Virus record (IMG/VR): IMGVR_UViG_3300020112_001619
DNA from: a virus
Strand: one strand, 5' to 3'
DNA length: 64,000 nt
Shown here: piece by piece, positions 10,329-20,596 of the stretch
Layout: every line of letters starts with the position of its first letter
How positions within the stretch are numbered: position 1 is the stretch's first letter
Position numbers and translations under genes: made by a program
The notes under the pieces: generated by a model
The model's input: only the letters and a program-made list of their open reading frames with translations
Told to the model about the DNA's origin: nothing
Database searches by the model: none

Positions 10329-11609
10329 ATGGATCAAAATCATGAACCATTAGCATCCAGAATGCGACCTACAAGTCTTGATAATTTTATTGGTCAAAAA
10401 CATATCGTAGGTGAAAACACATTACTTAGACGAATGGTAAAAGCTGATCAATTAAAAAGTATGATACTTTATGGTCCACCTGGTACTGGTAAGACAAGTA
10501 TGGCTAATGTAATAGCTAACACAACAAATGCAGAATTCTGTCAAATTAATGCCACCATATCAAACAAAAAAGAAATGGAAGAAGTTGTAAAATTTGCTAA
10601 AGAACGATTAGAATCAGAAGATAAACAGACCATTTTGTTTATTGATGAAATCCATAGATTCAACAAGGCACAACAGGATTTTCTGTTACCTTATGTTGAA
10701 AATGGCACTCTAATCTTAATAGGAGCAACAACAGAAAATCCATTTTTTGAAGTCAATAAAGCACTTCTATCAAGATCTACAATCTTTGAACTCAAGCCTT
10801 TAACTGTCGAAGATTTAGGTGAGCTTTTAAGATTAGCAATCTCTGATAAAGAACGTGGATATGGTAATTTAGACATTGATATCTCAGATGCTGCAATCAA
10901 TTTTATAGCTGATATGAGTTCAGGTGACATCAGACATGCTTATAACAGTTTGGAATTAGCTGTTATAACAACAACACCTGATGAATCAGGAAAAATCACA
11001 ATTGATTTAGATGTCGCACAAAACTGTATTCAGAAAAAATTATTGAATTATGACAGAGATGGTGATATGCATTACGATACAATCTCTGCATTCATAAAAT
11101 CAATGAGAGGTTCAGATCCTGATGCAGTTATGTACTATCTTGCAAGATTAATTGAATCTGGAGAAGACATTAAATTTATTGCAAGAAGAATTATGATACA
11201 TGCTGCTGAAGATGTAGGCTTAGCCGATCCAATGGCACTTGTGGTTGCAACCAATGCATCACTTGCTGTTGAAAGAATCGGTATGCCTGAAGGACGAATC
11301 ATCTTAGCAGAAGCAGCACTCTATGTTGCCAGAGCACCAAAATCAAATTCAAGCTGTGTAAGTATAGATAATGCGATGAAATTGGTATCATTCGCAGGTG
11401 ACTATGATATACCAGCATATTTGAAAGATGCTCATTATAAGAGTGCTTCAAAATTAGGTCATGGAATTGGCTATAAATATCCACATGATTATCCGAATGG
11501 ATGGGTTGATCAGCAATACCTTCCTGATAAACTTGTAGGATTTAAAGGCAACATTTACGAAAAGAAACCAACAGATGATGCATATTTTAAAAAAGTTAGA
11601 GGCGAGTAA
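10329..11609 (+). CDS. rarA: replication-associated recombination protein A (RarA/MgsA) AAA+ ATPase, copy 1
   Basis: MRPTSLDNFIGQKHIVGENTLLRRMV...LYGPPGTGKTS and Walker B ILFIDEIHRFNKAQQD. C-terminal MgsA_C-like helical domain (YDxxxDxHYDxISAFIKSMRGSDPDA). Confidence 0.85.
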   Translation: MDQNHEPLASRMRPTSLDNFIGQKHIVGENTLLRRMVKADQLKSMILYGPPGTGKTSMANVIANTTNAEFCQINATISNKKEMEEVVKFAKERLESEDKQTILFIDEIHRFNKAQQDFLLPYVENGTLILIGATTENPFFEVNKALLSRSTIFELKPLTVEDLGELLRLAISDKERGYGNLDIDISDAAINFIADMSSGDIRHAYNSLELAVITTTPDESGKITIDLDVAQNCIQKKLLNYDRDGDMHYDTISAFIKSMRGSDPDAVMYYLARLIESGEDIKFIARRIMIHAAEDVGLADPMALVVATNASLAVERIGMPEGRIILAEAALYVARAPKSNSSCVSIDNAMKLVSFAGDYDIPAYLKDAHYKSASKLGHGIGYKYPHDYPNGWVDQQYLPDKLVGFKGNIYEKKPTDDAYFKKVRGE

Positions 11610-11639
11610 AATCGCCTTTAACTATTTATAGGTGAATTA

Positions 11640-11963
11640 ATGAGTATTAGTCAAAATAAAATAAATGTCCGCAATATGTCAATTAGCGAAAAAAGACAAA
11701 AACTTTATAATAATCTACCAAAAACACTAGGTAGGATCACAAAGCTTACAATTCATAAAAAAGGTTTTAAAAAACTAGGTTATTATACAATTATTAATTC
11801 GCCTAGAAAACAACTCTTTTATCTTTATGAAACAGATAAAAAAGAAAGACCTATTAATGAAATTGGGCTATTTGAAAATCTATATGATGTAGTAGATAAT
11901 ATATTATTGCATTCAGGTGCAATAACAAAAGAAGAATATGACACTTTCATAAAATCAATATAA
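11640..11963 (+). CDS. hypothetical basic protein
   Basis: ORF with AGGTGA ribosome-binding site. Confidence 0.4.
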   Translation: MSISQNKINVRNMSISEKRQKLYNNLPKTLGRITKLTIHKKGFKKLGYYTIINSPRKQLFYLYETDKKERPINEIGLFENLYDVVDNILLHSGAITKEEYDTFIKSI

Positions 11964-11975
11964 TAGGAGAATAAT

Positions 11976-12383
11976 ATGAAATATTTGATTTTTGGAAAAC
12001 CAGGAAAGAATTATCCAACAGATAGACTTTATAATGTAGCAACAAATGAAACTGAAATGCAATCAATAATAGATTCACTAAACGATGTAGGGATTACTAC
12101 AAAAATTGTTACAGAAAAAGAATATTTTAAAAACTGCAACGATTTTGAAGAACAATTATATAGAACATTAGACGCTTTAGGTGGCTTTAGTGAAATTCTT
12201 GATCATGGTGCAGTACTTGTATCTATTTCGATACGAGGCGATTGGAAACACGAACACTTACATTGCGATCATATTTTATCAAAATTATTTGATATGCGTC
12301 ATATTAATGACATTACAACTGAATCTGATGGCAGTGATTATTACACTAGTACACATTATTACATACGTGAAAAAGCTAGTTAA
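11976..12383 (+). CDS. hypothetical protein
   Basis: ORF with AGGAGA ribosome-binding site. Confidence 0.45.
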   Translation: MKYLIFGKPGKNYPTDRLYNVATNETEMQSIIDSLNDVGITTKIVTEKEYFKNCNDFEEQLYRTLDALGGFSEILDHGAVLVSISIRGDWKHEHLHCDHILSKLFDMRHINDITTESDGSDYYTSTHYYIREKAS

Positions 12384-12397
12384 GAGGATAATAAATT

Positions 12398-12952
12398 ATG
12401 AAATATATAGTGGAATATGAAACAGAAAATGGTGGATCTGGATATGTAGATGTTTCAAAAATTGATGCAATGGGCTCATACTCATATTGTGAAAATGATG
12501 GCACACATTACATTACATGGATTGGCTCATATATTATCGTAAATGGCGTAAAGATACTATCTAAAACACCAATCGATAAATTATGGCATAATTATCGAAG
12601 CATGCTTGCAACAAAAAATAACCATAAACACCAAAAGAAAAAAGCAAAAGAAGAAGCTGAATCAAAACAAAAAGAATTAAAAAAGATGTCTAAAATCAAA
12701 GAAGAAAGCATTGATCCATCAATTGCAAAATCTTTTAGTGAATGGTTGAATTCTAGCATATCTCTTGATTTGCCAGAAGTATATACTGTAAAAACAATAA
12801 CAAAAAATGCTCTTAGTAGAAACAACATTTATGTTTGGGGACAGTTATATTTAAAATCAGCTAAAGAAATTAGTCAGATGCGATATATAAGCTACCATTC
12901 AGCTGAACTTTTAGTTGACATTATAAATCGAATGAAAGATTATTATAAGTAA
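12398..12952 (+). CDS. hypothetical protein
   Basis: ORF with AGAGGA ribosome-binding site. Confidence 0.45.
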   Translation: MKYIVEYETENGGSGYVDVSKIDAMGSYSYCENDGTHYITWIGSYIIVNGVKILSKTPIDKLWHNYRSMLATKNNHKHQKKKAKEEAESKQKELKKMSKIKEESIDPSIAKSFSEWLNSSISLDLPEVYTVKTITKNALSRNNIYVWGQLYLKSAKEISQMRYISYHSAELLVDIINRMKDYYK

Positions 12953-12977
12953 AAAACTTAAAAAAAGAGGTGTAATT

Positions 12978-13379
12978 ATGGGCCAATGTTATGATGTAAA
13001 AATTAAATTACGATTTGATGATTGTGAAAAAGTAGTGCTTGCTATGCAAAAATATATGGATTCCATTGATGGTAAAACAGCTAATCTTGGTATTGATTAT
13101 TGGAAAGACAAAGGCTTAGATTTCGACAAACTTGATGACATGATGAAAGTATGGATTACTGATAGAAATTTCAGTGTATCTCATGGCCGATTAAATCACG
13201 TATATCGTGCAAGCTTTGACGCATCTTATGGTTGGGGCGTTACAATGCTAAACATATTTGATGCGATTGCTCCAACACTCAATGATAATTCTGAAATCAC
13301 AATTATCGATGATAGTGAAATTATAAACAAAACAATTAAAGGAGGCACGATAGAATGCAAAACAAGAAATCTATGGTAG
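12978..13379 (+). CDS. hypothetical protein
   Basis: ORF with AGAGGTG ribosome-binding site. Confidence 0.45.
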   Translation: MGQCYDVKIKLRFDDCEKVVLAMQKYMDSIDGKTANLGIDYWKDKGLDFDKLDDMMKVWITDRNFSVSHGRLNHVYRASFDASYGWGVTMLNIFDAIAPTLNDNSEITIIDDSEIINKTIKGGTIECKTRNLW

Positions 13380-13528
13380 TAGCATTATTATCACTTACGA
13401 TAATATCTACGATTATAACAACTATTGCGTCAATCATATCTTATAGATTAGGTTATTGCAACGCTGCAGATGAATATATCGGTGCATCCGAATGTAAACC
13501 AATGAGAGCTATCAAATTATTCTTTTAA
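13355..13528 (+). CDS. small single-pass membrane protein (57 aa; not in ORF track)
   Basis: GGAGG at 13341, nine nucleotides upstream of the ATG at 13355. Sequence MQNKKSMVVALLSLTIISTIITTIASIISY has a hydrophobic helix. Overlaps the end of the upstream gene. Confidence 0.35.
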   Translation: MQNKKSMVVALLSLTIISTIITTIASIISYRLGYCNAADEYIGASECKPMRAIKLFF

Positions 13529-13546
13529 TAATGTGAGGTATTTCTT

Positions 13547-13957
13547 ATGGGTTTAGACATGTATTTATTTCGATTTAAAAAATCACATATACCAAGTAAA
13601 GAACTTGCAAATAGAATGTTAGAAGATTTAATGGATGAACATCCAGAATTAACATTCTTTACTAATATTCGTATAAATGACCCCATGTATGAAAGCGTTA
13701 AAAAGTATCTAACAAAAGTGAAAATACAAGAAACTGTATTAAATGTTGATGCTGTATTTAAAGACAATAATCTTAAATTTGACGAAGCCCATATTTCTGG
13801 ATACGGTCATACAAATAAAGGAATTGAATTATTTGTAACACATAATACAGATAATTCAAAATCAAAAACAATACTTATAGATTATACAAATACAAAATAT
13901 CAAAAAATCATATCAAGAACAGTATATTATTGTGAAAAAACAGAAGTATTTTATTAG
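13547..13957 (+). CDS. hypothetical protein
   Basis: ORF with GAGGT ribosome-binding site. Confidence 0.45.
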   Translation: MGLDMYLFRFKKSHIPSKELANRMLEDLMDEHPELTFFTNIRINDPMYESVKKYLTKVKIQETVLNVDAVFKDNNLKFDEAHISGYGHTNKGIELFVTHNTDNSKSKTILIDYTNTKYQKIISRTVYYCEKTEVFY

Positions 13958-13990
13958 AGAAAAGCTGATGATATTTCAGATATCATTCAT

Positions 13991-14176
13991 ATGAAATATC
14001 CAAAACCTATAGAAAATTGTGGATATTATAAGTTAGAACCAGAATTACTTACAGAAATTATAAATGAAACTATTAAAAGATATGGTAATGATAATGGTAT
14101 TTCTGATATATGGGATAATAATTATGAAGCGTTAACAAAAAATCCTTCAGATGTTGTATATCATGAATGGTATTAA
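13991..14176 (+). CDS. hypothetical protein
   Basis: ORF with a weak ribosome-binding site. Confidence 0.35.
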   Translation: MKYPKPIENCGYYKLEPELLTEIINETIKRYGNDNGISDIWDNNYEALTKNPSDVVYHEWY

Positions 14177-14185
14177 GGAGTAATA

Positions 14186-14710
14186 ATGAATTACGGACAA
14201 CTAATATTCAATGATACAGCTAATGGACCTGGATTTAGAGTTTCATTATTTGTATCAGGTTGCACAAATAAATGTCCTGGATGTTTTAATGTAGATACTT
14301 GGAACTTCAATTATGGTAATGTTTATGACAATGATGTTGAAGTTAAAATTATCGAAGAATTGAAAAAACCACAATATGCAGGACTAACAATTCTTGGTGG
14401 TGAACCATTTGAACCTGAAAATCAGGGTGTTGTAAACAGTTTAATTCAGAAAGTAAAAAAACTGTTACCAGATAAAACAATTTGGGTTTACACAGGATCC
14501 TTATATGAAGAATTAATTGATCCTTCTTATAAGAAATTTACTAATGTAACATATAAAATACTACGAGATATTGATGTTCTTGTTGATGGACCATTTATAT
14601 TAGCTGAGAAAAATGTAGCTCTTAGATTTAAAGGCTCAAATAATCAGCGAATTATTGATGTACAGAAAACAATAAAAAACAACAATGATGTTGTATTATA
14701 TGTTGATTAA
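14186..14710 (+). CDS. nrdG: anaerobic ribonucleotide reductase activating protein NrdG (radical SAM)
   Basis: CTNKCPGCFN (CxxxCxxC) radical-SAM cluster motif, GGEPF, about 170 aa. AAGGAG ribosome-binding site. Confidence 0.8.
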   Translation: MNYGQLIFNDTANGPGFRVSLFVSGCTNKCPGCFNVDTWNFNYGNVYDNDVEVKIIEELKKPQYAGLTILGGEPFEPENQGVVNSLIQKVKKLLPDKTIWVYTGSLYEELIDPSYKKFTNVTYKILRDIDVLVDGPFILAEKNVALRFKGSNNQRIIDVQKTIKNNNDVVLYVD

Positions 14711-14767
14711 AACAATAACATATTGTAAAATAAAACCAATATTTCTATAAGAAAGGTTTTAATTATT

Positions 14768-15136
14768 ATGTCTCTATGGATTCAATCGTTATATATAAAC
14801 GACAGACGTTGTGAACCAAGATATCAATTGCCACATCCGTTTCAAATATCGATTATTACTGATGATAACCAGGATATTAGCGCAAATGTGGAAAATATAA
14901 GTATCGATGGAATGTGTATAAAACCACATAAAGCATTATCATCAAAAATTAAAAAAATTTTAGTTTTTGATAATCTTATATCACATAACGCATTACGTTT
15001 AGATGTAGTGCAAAAATATGAAAATGTATCCAATGATCTAATAGGCATTGAAATTCAAAAACAACGTAATAAACCAGATTTTGATAAATTTGTAGGAGTT
15101 ATGGTTGTAATGAATAATGCTCTTCGTTTATACTAA
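14768..15136 (+). CDS. PilZ domain (c-di-GMP receptor-like) protein
   Basis: RRCEPR (RxxxR) at residues 13-18 and NISIDG (D/NxSxxG) at 42-47. Spacing of 24 aa is typical of PilZ. Confidence 0.5.
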   Translation: MSLWIQSLYINDRRCEPRYQLPHPFQISIITDDNQDISANVENISIDGMCIKPHKALSSKIKKILVFDNLISHNALRLDVVQKYENVSNDLIGIEIQKQRNKPDFDKFVGVMVVMNNALRLY

Positions 15137-15143
15137 TTTTTAA

Positions 15144-15174
15144 CTCTTGGTGTAAAAGCCAAGAGCATTTTTAT
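15144..15174 (+). terminator. rho-independent terminator
   Basis: CTCTTGG-TGTAAAAG-CCAAGAG followed by CATTTTTAT. Confidence 0.65.
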
Positions 15175-15197
15175 ATGAAAGGATAAGTATTTTTTTT

Positions 15198-15671
15198 ATG
15201 CAATTACATGAAACTATGGGCTATTGTCCAATGTGTGGCGAAGCAAGCCACGCTGTTTTAACAGATGACGAATGGAATAATTATATGCAATATTATATGT
15301 ATAAAAACAAACCTATTCAGGAATTGTTACCAACAGCACCACTTGATTTACGTGAATTTTTAAGATCTGATGAAGACAATCGATATTGCGGTCATTGTCA
15401 GGAATTATTATTTGGTCGTAAAGCATCTGGTAGAATTAAAGAAACAGAAGGTGGCCTATTAGAACTTCTTGATGGATATGAATTTGAAAATCTTGAAGAA
15501 TATGATAAGCTATTTGAAGAAGCGATGGCTCTTATGAAAACACGAGATGATTTCAGTTACGTAATTCCAACATATGAATGGAACGAACATACATTGGAAA
15601 AACACTATGACAAATTAACTGAAAGTGAACATTTCATACTTGCTAATCGTAAAGAAGCAAAAGCTATTTAA
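15198..15671 (+). CDS. hypothetical zinc-ribbon protein
   Basis: CPMCG...CGHC four-Cys arrangement. Confidence 0.45.
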   Translation: MQLHETMGYCPMCGEASHAVLTDDEWNNYMQYYMYKNKPIQELLPTAPLDLREFLRSDEDNRYCGHCQELLFGRKASGRIKETEGGLLELLDGYEFENLEEYDKLFEEAMALMKTRDDFSYVIPTYEWNEHTLEKHYDKLTESEHFILANRKEAKAI

Positions 15672-15701
15672 ATCAATTAATTTTTTGGGAGGATCAAAAT
15701 A

Positions 15702-16298
15702 ATGAGAAATTTTGAATTTGCAAGAAACATGGAAGAATTAAAGAACGGCAATACCGTAAAAGCATTTGAAAAAGCTGAAATTCCAGAATATCAGACCACA
15801 AGAGCAGCCGGTGCCGATTTCTTTGCAGCTGTTGATACAGATATCCCTAGTGTTTGGGCAGGTATTTGGAAAATTTTAAAAGGTCATACTCTTGAACTTT
15901 TGCACTTCAAAACAGATTCAAATGTTGTATCTGATATCGAAGAAGTAAATAATATCTCTAAGCTTTTTAATCCAACACTTATCCATACAGGAATTAAAGC
16001 TTGTATGAATATGGACGAAGTGTTATATTTATATAACAGATCATCAAACCCTAAAAAGCTTGGATTAATTCTAGCTAATTCGGTAGGCGTTATTGATGCT
16101 GATTATTATGACAATCCTGACAACGATGGTGAAATCATGTTTGCATATCTCAACATCAAACCTTGGACTGTGCATATTAAAGCTGGCGACAGAATTGGAC
16201 AGGGTGTATTCCAGACAATTTTAAGACCTACAGGTGATGGTCTTAGAATTAAAAATGTCGAAAGAAGTGGAGGCTTCGGTTCAACAAATACTAAATAA
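15702..16298 (+). CDS. dut: dUTP diphosphatase (dUTPase)
   Basis: dUTPase motifs AAGADFFA, GVIDADYYDN...GEIMFAYLN, GDRIGQG and C-terminal RSGGFGSTN. Confidence 0.8.
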   Translation: MRNFEFARNMEELKNGNTVKAFEKAEIPEYQTTRAAGADFFAAVDTDIPSVWAGIWKILKGHTLELLHFKTDSNVVSDIEEVNNISKLFNPTLIHTGIKACMNMDEVLYLYNRSSNPKKLGLILANSVGVIDADYYDNPDNDGEIMFAYLNIKPWTVHIKAGDRIGQGVFQTILRPTGDGLRIKNVERSGGFGSTNTK

Positions 16299-16330
16299 TT
16301 CATAAATGAGTAAATTCATAGCCTATTTAA

Positions 16331-16366
16331 AATGTGGGAATTAGTAACTGATTTCCACATTTTTTA
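16331..16366 (+). terminator. rho-independent terminator
   Basis: AATGTGG...CCACATT hairpin followed by TTTTT. Confidence 0.6.
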
Positions 16367-16402
16367 GGCTAATTGAACAATTTTACATAGGAGATACTAA
16401 AA

Positions 16403-16846
16403 ATGTACAAAATGATATATGCAAATAATAAAAAAGTGTATTTCGACTATTTTATTGAAGACAAGTTTGAAGCTGGTATTGCTCTTGTTGGTACAGAAGT
16501 AAAAGGCTTAAAAACAAAAGGCTGCAGTATTAAAGAATCATATATTGATATCGTAAATGGCGAAGCATATATCATTCATATGCATATTGCTCATTATGAA
16601 CAAGGTAATATCTTTAACACTGATCCATTTAGAACTCGTAAATTATTGCTTCATAAACAGGAAATCAATAAACTTTTAGCTAAAACAACTGAAAAAGGCT
16701 ATACAATTGTTCCAACATCTGTTTACGAAATAAATGGTAAAATTAAAATCGAAATAGCGTTAGCTAAAGGTAAACACAATTATGACAAGCGAGCTTCTCT
16801 AAAAGAAAAAACAATTAAAAGAGAAATCGAAAAAGAGAGGTATTAA
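16403..16846 (+). CDS. smpB: SsrA-binding protein SmpB
   Basis: Near-canonical SmpB: AGIALVGTEVKGLK, IAHYEQGNIFNTDPFRTRKLLLHKQEINKL, YTIVPTSVY, KIEIALAKGKHNYDKR. Length 147 aa. Confidence 0.9.
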   Translation: MYKMIYANNKKVYFDYFIEDKFEAGIALVGTEVKGLKTKGCSIKESYIDIVNGEAYIIHMHIAHYEQGNIFNTDPFRTRKLLLHKQEINKLLAKTTEKGYTIVPTSVYEINGKIKIEIALAKGKHNYDKRASLKEKTIKREIEKERY

Positions 16847-16849
16847 CAA

Positions 16850-17515
16850 ATGGCAATAATTAAATATTACAAAAATGAAGAAGGTGAACTTAAAAGATTC
16901 ACAATAGATGTTGATGATAATCCACCTGATCCTAGATTAGAATTTGAAAATCTTGCACATATGTATATTTGGTGGAATCGATATTCTATGGGCGACAATG
17001 AAGGTGAAAGCAATCCTGATATTGTAATTAGGGATATTTTAAATACAATTGATCCATCATTTGATCCTGCTGACAAACCATTAAATGAACTTATTGTAAC
17101 ATTACAGACTCAATATACAGAGCAAATCAAAATCTTACCTTGTTTTGTATTAGAACATTCAGGTGTAATGGTTTCTTGTGCACCTTTTAGTGATAGCTGG
17201 GATTCAGGATTCGCTGGATTTATTTACATCTTAAGAGAAGAAGCTGATGACGCTGGTATTCTTTGGTCAGATGCTAGAACAAATATCTTAGCCGAGATTG
17301 ATACATATAATATGTATCTTTGTGGTCAGGTATATATGTTTGATCTTGACGATGACAATGGATACATTAGCGGTTATTATTCTGATAAATCAGAAAACGA
17401 ACTTATAAAAGAAATTCAAATAGAAGCTGGTTTAGGTGATGCCAGATTATATGACGAAGACGAAGTTATCGTTGAAATCATCGAAAAAATATCTTTAAAA
17501 CCAGGAGTTGATTAA
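16850..17515 (+). CDS. hypothetical acidic protein
   Basis: ORF with AGAGAGG ribosome-binding site. Confidence 0.5.
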   Translation: MAIIKYYKNEEGELKRFTIDVDDNPPDPRLEFENLAHMYIWWNRYSMGDNEGESNPDIVIRDILNTIDPSFDPADKPLNELIVTLQTQYTEQIKILPCFVLEHSGVMVSCAPFSDSWDSGFAGFIYILREEADDAGILWSDARTNILAEIDTYNMYLCGQVYMFDLDDDNGYISGYYSDKSENELIKEIQIEAGLGDARLYDEDEVIVEIIEKISLKPGVD

Positions 17516-17541
17516 AATCAAAACAACAAGGAGTATTAAAA

Positions 17542-19365
17542 ATGCCAAAAATTGCATGTACCGACCATTTAGGTAATGAATTTAAAAGTATTCAGAGTAT
17601 GTGCGATTATTGGCATATATCTCTAACAACTTATTCAAAACGAAAAAAACTTGGTTATTCTTTAGAAGATTGTTTAAATCACAAAAAATTATCAAAAGCA
17701 AAACCTGCTTTTGATCATCTAGGTAATAAATTTATATCAATAGATGCTATGTGTGATCATTATCACATTTCACGTTCAACATTTGAAAACCGCTTAGCTA
17801 GACATTGGCCATTATGTGAAGCTCTTACTAAAGAAAGATACAATAATTATTCTAAAGATAAAATATTGGATCATAAAGGTCAAGTTTTTGCTACTAAAGA
17901 TCAGTTAGCAAGTGCTTACGGTATATCAAGAATGACATTAGATGCCAGATTACGTAAAGGTATGAGTTTAGAAGAAGCTTTAACAACGCCTTTAAGAACC
18001 CACGGCTATACTGATCATTTAGGGAATTATTTTAAAAATCAGCATGAAATGGCTGAATTTTGGCATATTAATGAATCAACACTTGCTTTAAGACTTCGTA
18101 AAGGATTGTCTATAGAAAAAGCTCTTGAGGTTGTATCAATCGAAGTTACTGATCATAAGGGTATAACTTATCATTCTATGACTGCTATGTGTGATGCTTA
18201 CGAAATTTCACGATCAACAGTTGAACGAAGATTAGCTAACAGATGGTCACTTGAAGAAGCACTAACTTATCCATCCACAACACATAAAAAATTCAAAGAT
18301 CATTTAGGTAAAGAGTATAAGACTTTTGGATTAATGTGTAAAGCATGGAACATGCCAGATTCAACAGTTCAAAACAGATTATATAAGTTAGGATATTCAC
18401 TAGAAGATGCTTTAACAAAACCAACAAATACTCAAAATACAGTAGGTAAAACTTGTAAAGATCATTTAGGGAACGAATATCAATCAGTAGCAACTATGTG
18501 TTGTAATTATGGCTTACCTAGAAACGTATTTCATAGGAGAATAAAAGATAGTTGGGATTTAGAAAAAGCATTAACAACACCACCATCACGAGCAAACGGT
18601 CAAGGTAAAGTTATTTACGATCACAAAAAGAATGCTTATTCATCTGTTGGTGAAATGTGCAAAGCTTATGGAATTGATTTTGCAATGTATGGCTCCCGCA
18701 TTCGTCAAGGATGGTCATTAGAAAAAACACTCACAACGCCGCCTGAAGAAATACAAATAGGTAAAAAAGAATGTGTAGATCACAAAGGAAATCATTTTAA
18801 GTCACAAGCAGAAATGATGCGTTTTTGGGGTGTAACAAAAGATCAACTAAGATCAAGAATTGAGCTTGGCTGGACTTTAGCTGAAATCTTAGAGTCTCCT
18901 GCTCATCAAAGTCATAAAAGACCATGTGTTGACCATCTCGGTAAAAAATGGGCATCAAAAGAAGAAATGCTTGCACATTATGGTGTAAGTGGTCCAATTT
19001 TCAATCGAAGATTAAATGTTATGGGCTTATCATTAGAAGAAGCTTTAACAGGACATTCTCTTCATGCAAATCAGATGACTGATCCTTTAGGAAATTTCTT
19101 TGAATCAGTTTCTGATATGTGCGACGCTTGGGACACACCAACAGCCACATTTTACCATTGGTATAACAAATTATATCCAAACAACTTAAGAATGGCTCTC
19201 GTAAGACCAAAAACAAATTGGTCATATAAAGATGTAAAAATCATTAAAACTATTAATAAAAAGTTCTATGAGGTAATGATAAACAATCACACAGCAATAT
19301 GGACTCAAGAACAAATATGTGATTATTACATTAATAACTTTAAACCACATATCGAACCTAAATAG
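17542..19365 (+). CDS. tandem helix-turn-helix-like (NUMOD1-like) repeat protein, paralog 3 (about 11 repeats; 607 aa)
   Basis: Eleven consecutive units DH(L/K)GNxFxSxxxMCxxYxISRSTxxxRLxxGWSLEEALTxP. Distinct C-terminal domain (IWTQEQICDYY) shared with the 22763 paralog. Stop lies 10 nt upstream of the sigma factor start. Confidence 0.65.
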   Translation: MPKIACTDHLGNEFKSIQSMCDYWHISLTTYSKRKKLGYSLEDCLNHKKLSKAKPAFDHLGNKFISIDAMCDHYHISRSTFENRLARHWPLCEALTKERYNNYSKDKILDHKGQVFATKDQLASAYGISRMTLDARLRKGMSLEEALTTPLRTHGYTDHLGNYFKNQHEMAEFWHINESTLALRLRKGLSIEKALEVVSIEVTDHKGITYHSMTAMCDAYEISRSTVERRLANRWSLEEALTYPSTTHKKFKDHLGKEYKTFGLMCKAWNMPDSTVQNRLYKLGYSLEDALTKPTNTQNTVGKTCKDHLGNEYQSVATMCCNYGLPRNVFHRRIKDSWDLEKALTTPPSRANGQGKVIYDHKKNAYSSVGEMCKAYGIDFAMYGSRIRQGWSLEKTLTTPPEEIQIGKKECVDHKGNHFKSQAEMMRFWGVTKDQLRSRIELGWTLAEILESPAHQSHKRPCVDHLGKKWASKEEMLAHYGVSGPIFNRRLNVMGLSLEEALTGHSLHANQMTDPLGNFFESVSDMCDAWDTPTATFYHWYNKLYPNNLRMALVRPKTNWSYKDVKIIKTINKKFYEVMINNHTAIWTQEQICDYYINNFKPHIEPK

Positions 19366-19375
19366 GAGAAATCTT

Positions 19376-20530
19376 ATGAATACAACAACGAAAAATAAGA
19401 CAAAACAAACTAAAAATACATCATTGATTGATGATCCATTAGATTCTTCTATTTCATCATCTGATACATTAGATGAAGAACCTGAAGATGCAGACGTTGA
19501 ACCAGATATGGCTGATCTTGAAAGTATTGACGATTCACCTGATGCAGAGGCAGATGTTGCAAATTTAATAGCTTTATATGAAGCAAGCGACAAAGCATTA
19601 GATCCAGTAACACAATACTTAAGAGAAATTGGTACAATACCTCTTCTTTCAAAAGAAGATGAACAAATTTTAGGTAAACAAATAAGTGATCTAAAAGATG
19701 CAATTGCCGAACGTGATGAAATTTTAGAAAAACCTAAATTAACAAAAAAAGATGAAAAGAGATTAGAAAAGTTAAAAGTAACAATTTCAGAATGCACAAT
19801 TGCTAAAAACAAATTATGCGAATCAAATCTGAAATTAGTTGTTAGTATCGCAAAACGATATAATTTCAGATCGTTATCTGAATTTCTAGACATCATACAA
19901 GAAGGTAATTTAGGTCTTATCAAAGCAAGTGAAAAATTTGACTATACAAGAGGATTCAAATTTAGTACATATGCAACCTGGTGGATAAGACAAAGCATCA
20001 CAAGATCTATGGCTGAAACAGGAAGACTTATCAGATTACCTGTTCATATATCTGAAGATATCAATAGAATCAAAAGAGCGAAACGCAATATATTAGCCAA
20101 GACTAATAAAGAAGCTACAATTGAAGATATTGCAGCAGAAGTCAATTTACCTATTGATAAAGTAAAAGACCTTATTAGACTTGAACAGGAACCTATGTCA
20201 CTAAATATGACCGTAGGTGAAGACAATGATTCTACAGTAGGCGATTTTATACCTGATGATACATTGCAAACACCTGAAGAAAAAATGGCAGAACAAAATA
20301 TTCATGATGTGTTATTTGATGTATTCAAACAAGCAAAATTATCAGATAAAGAAATTGACATTATTTGTAGAAGAAACGGTATCGACCGACCTGATAAACA
20401 AACACTTGAAGAAATTGGCAAAGATTATAATATCACCAGAGAACGAGTGCGACAAATAGAAGCCAAAGTCGTTAAAAAATTGAGACATCCAAAATATGCA
20501 AAAATATTAAAAGAATTACTTGAACCGTAA
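19376..20530 (+). CDS. RNA polymerase sigma-70 family factor (primary-like, regions 1.2-4)
   Basis: Region 1.2 YLREIGTIPLLSKEDE. Region 2 DIIQEGNLGLIKASEKFDYTRGFKFSTYATWWIRQSI. Region 4.2 TLEEIGKDYNITRERVRQIEAKVVKKLRHP. ATG at 19376 with AGGAGA ribosome-binding site (ORF track start 19319 rejected). Confidence 0.85.
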   Translation: MNTTTKNKTKQTKNTSLIDDPLDSSISSSDTLDEEPEDADVEPDMADLESIDDSPDAEADVANLIALYEASDKALDPVTQYLREIGTIPLLSKEDEQILGKQISDLKDAIAERDEILEKPKLTKKDEKRLEKLKVTISECTIAKNKLCESNLKLVVSIAKRYNFRSLSEFLDIIQEGNLGLIKASEKFDYTRGFKFSTYATWWIRQSITRSMAETGRLIRLPVHISEDINRIKRAKRNILAKTNKEATIEDIAAEVNLPIDKVKDLIRLEQEPMSLNMTVGEDNDSTVGDFIPDDTLQTPEEKMAEQNIHDVLFDVFKQAKLSDKEIDIICRRNGIDRPDKQTLEEIGKDYNITRERVRQIEAKVVKKLRHPKYAKILKELLEP

Positions 20531-20596
20531 TTCATCAGATTGGAGGTTGGTATAAATATCAATCTCCAATACTTATTTAAAAAGGACAATAAAAAA

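Noticed and set aside
19222-19923. 233-aa minus-strand ORF and several other minus-strand ORFs of 60-140 aa from the six-frame track (for example 1241-1552, 3108-3455, 9635-9964, 45924-46355, 61770-62153)
   Set aside because: Each is fully antisense to a plus-strand gene with strong motif support (sigma factor, helicase, RarA and others), and all are low-complexity Ser/Ile/Phe-rich translations typical of AT-rich antisense frames. The window is otherwise strictly plus-strand.
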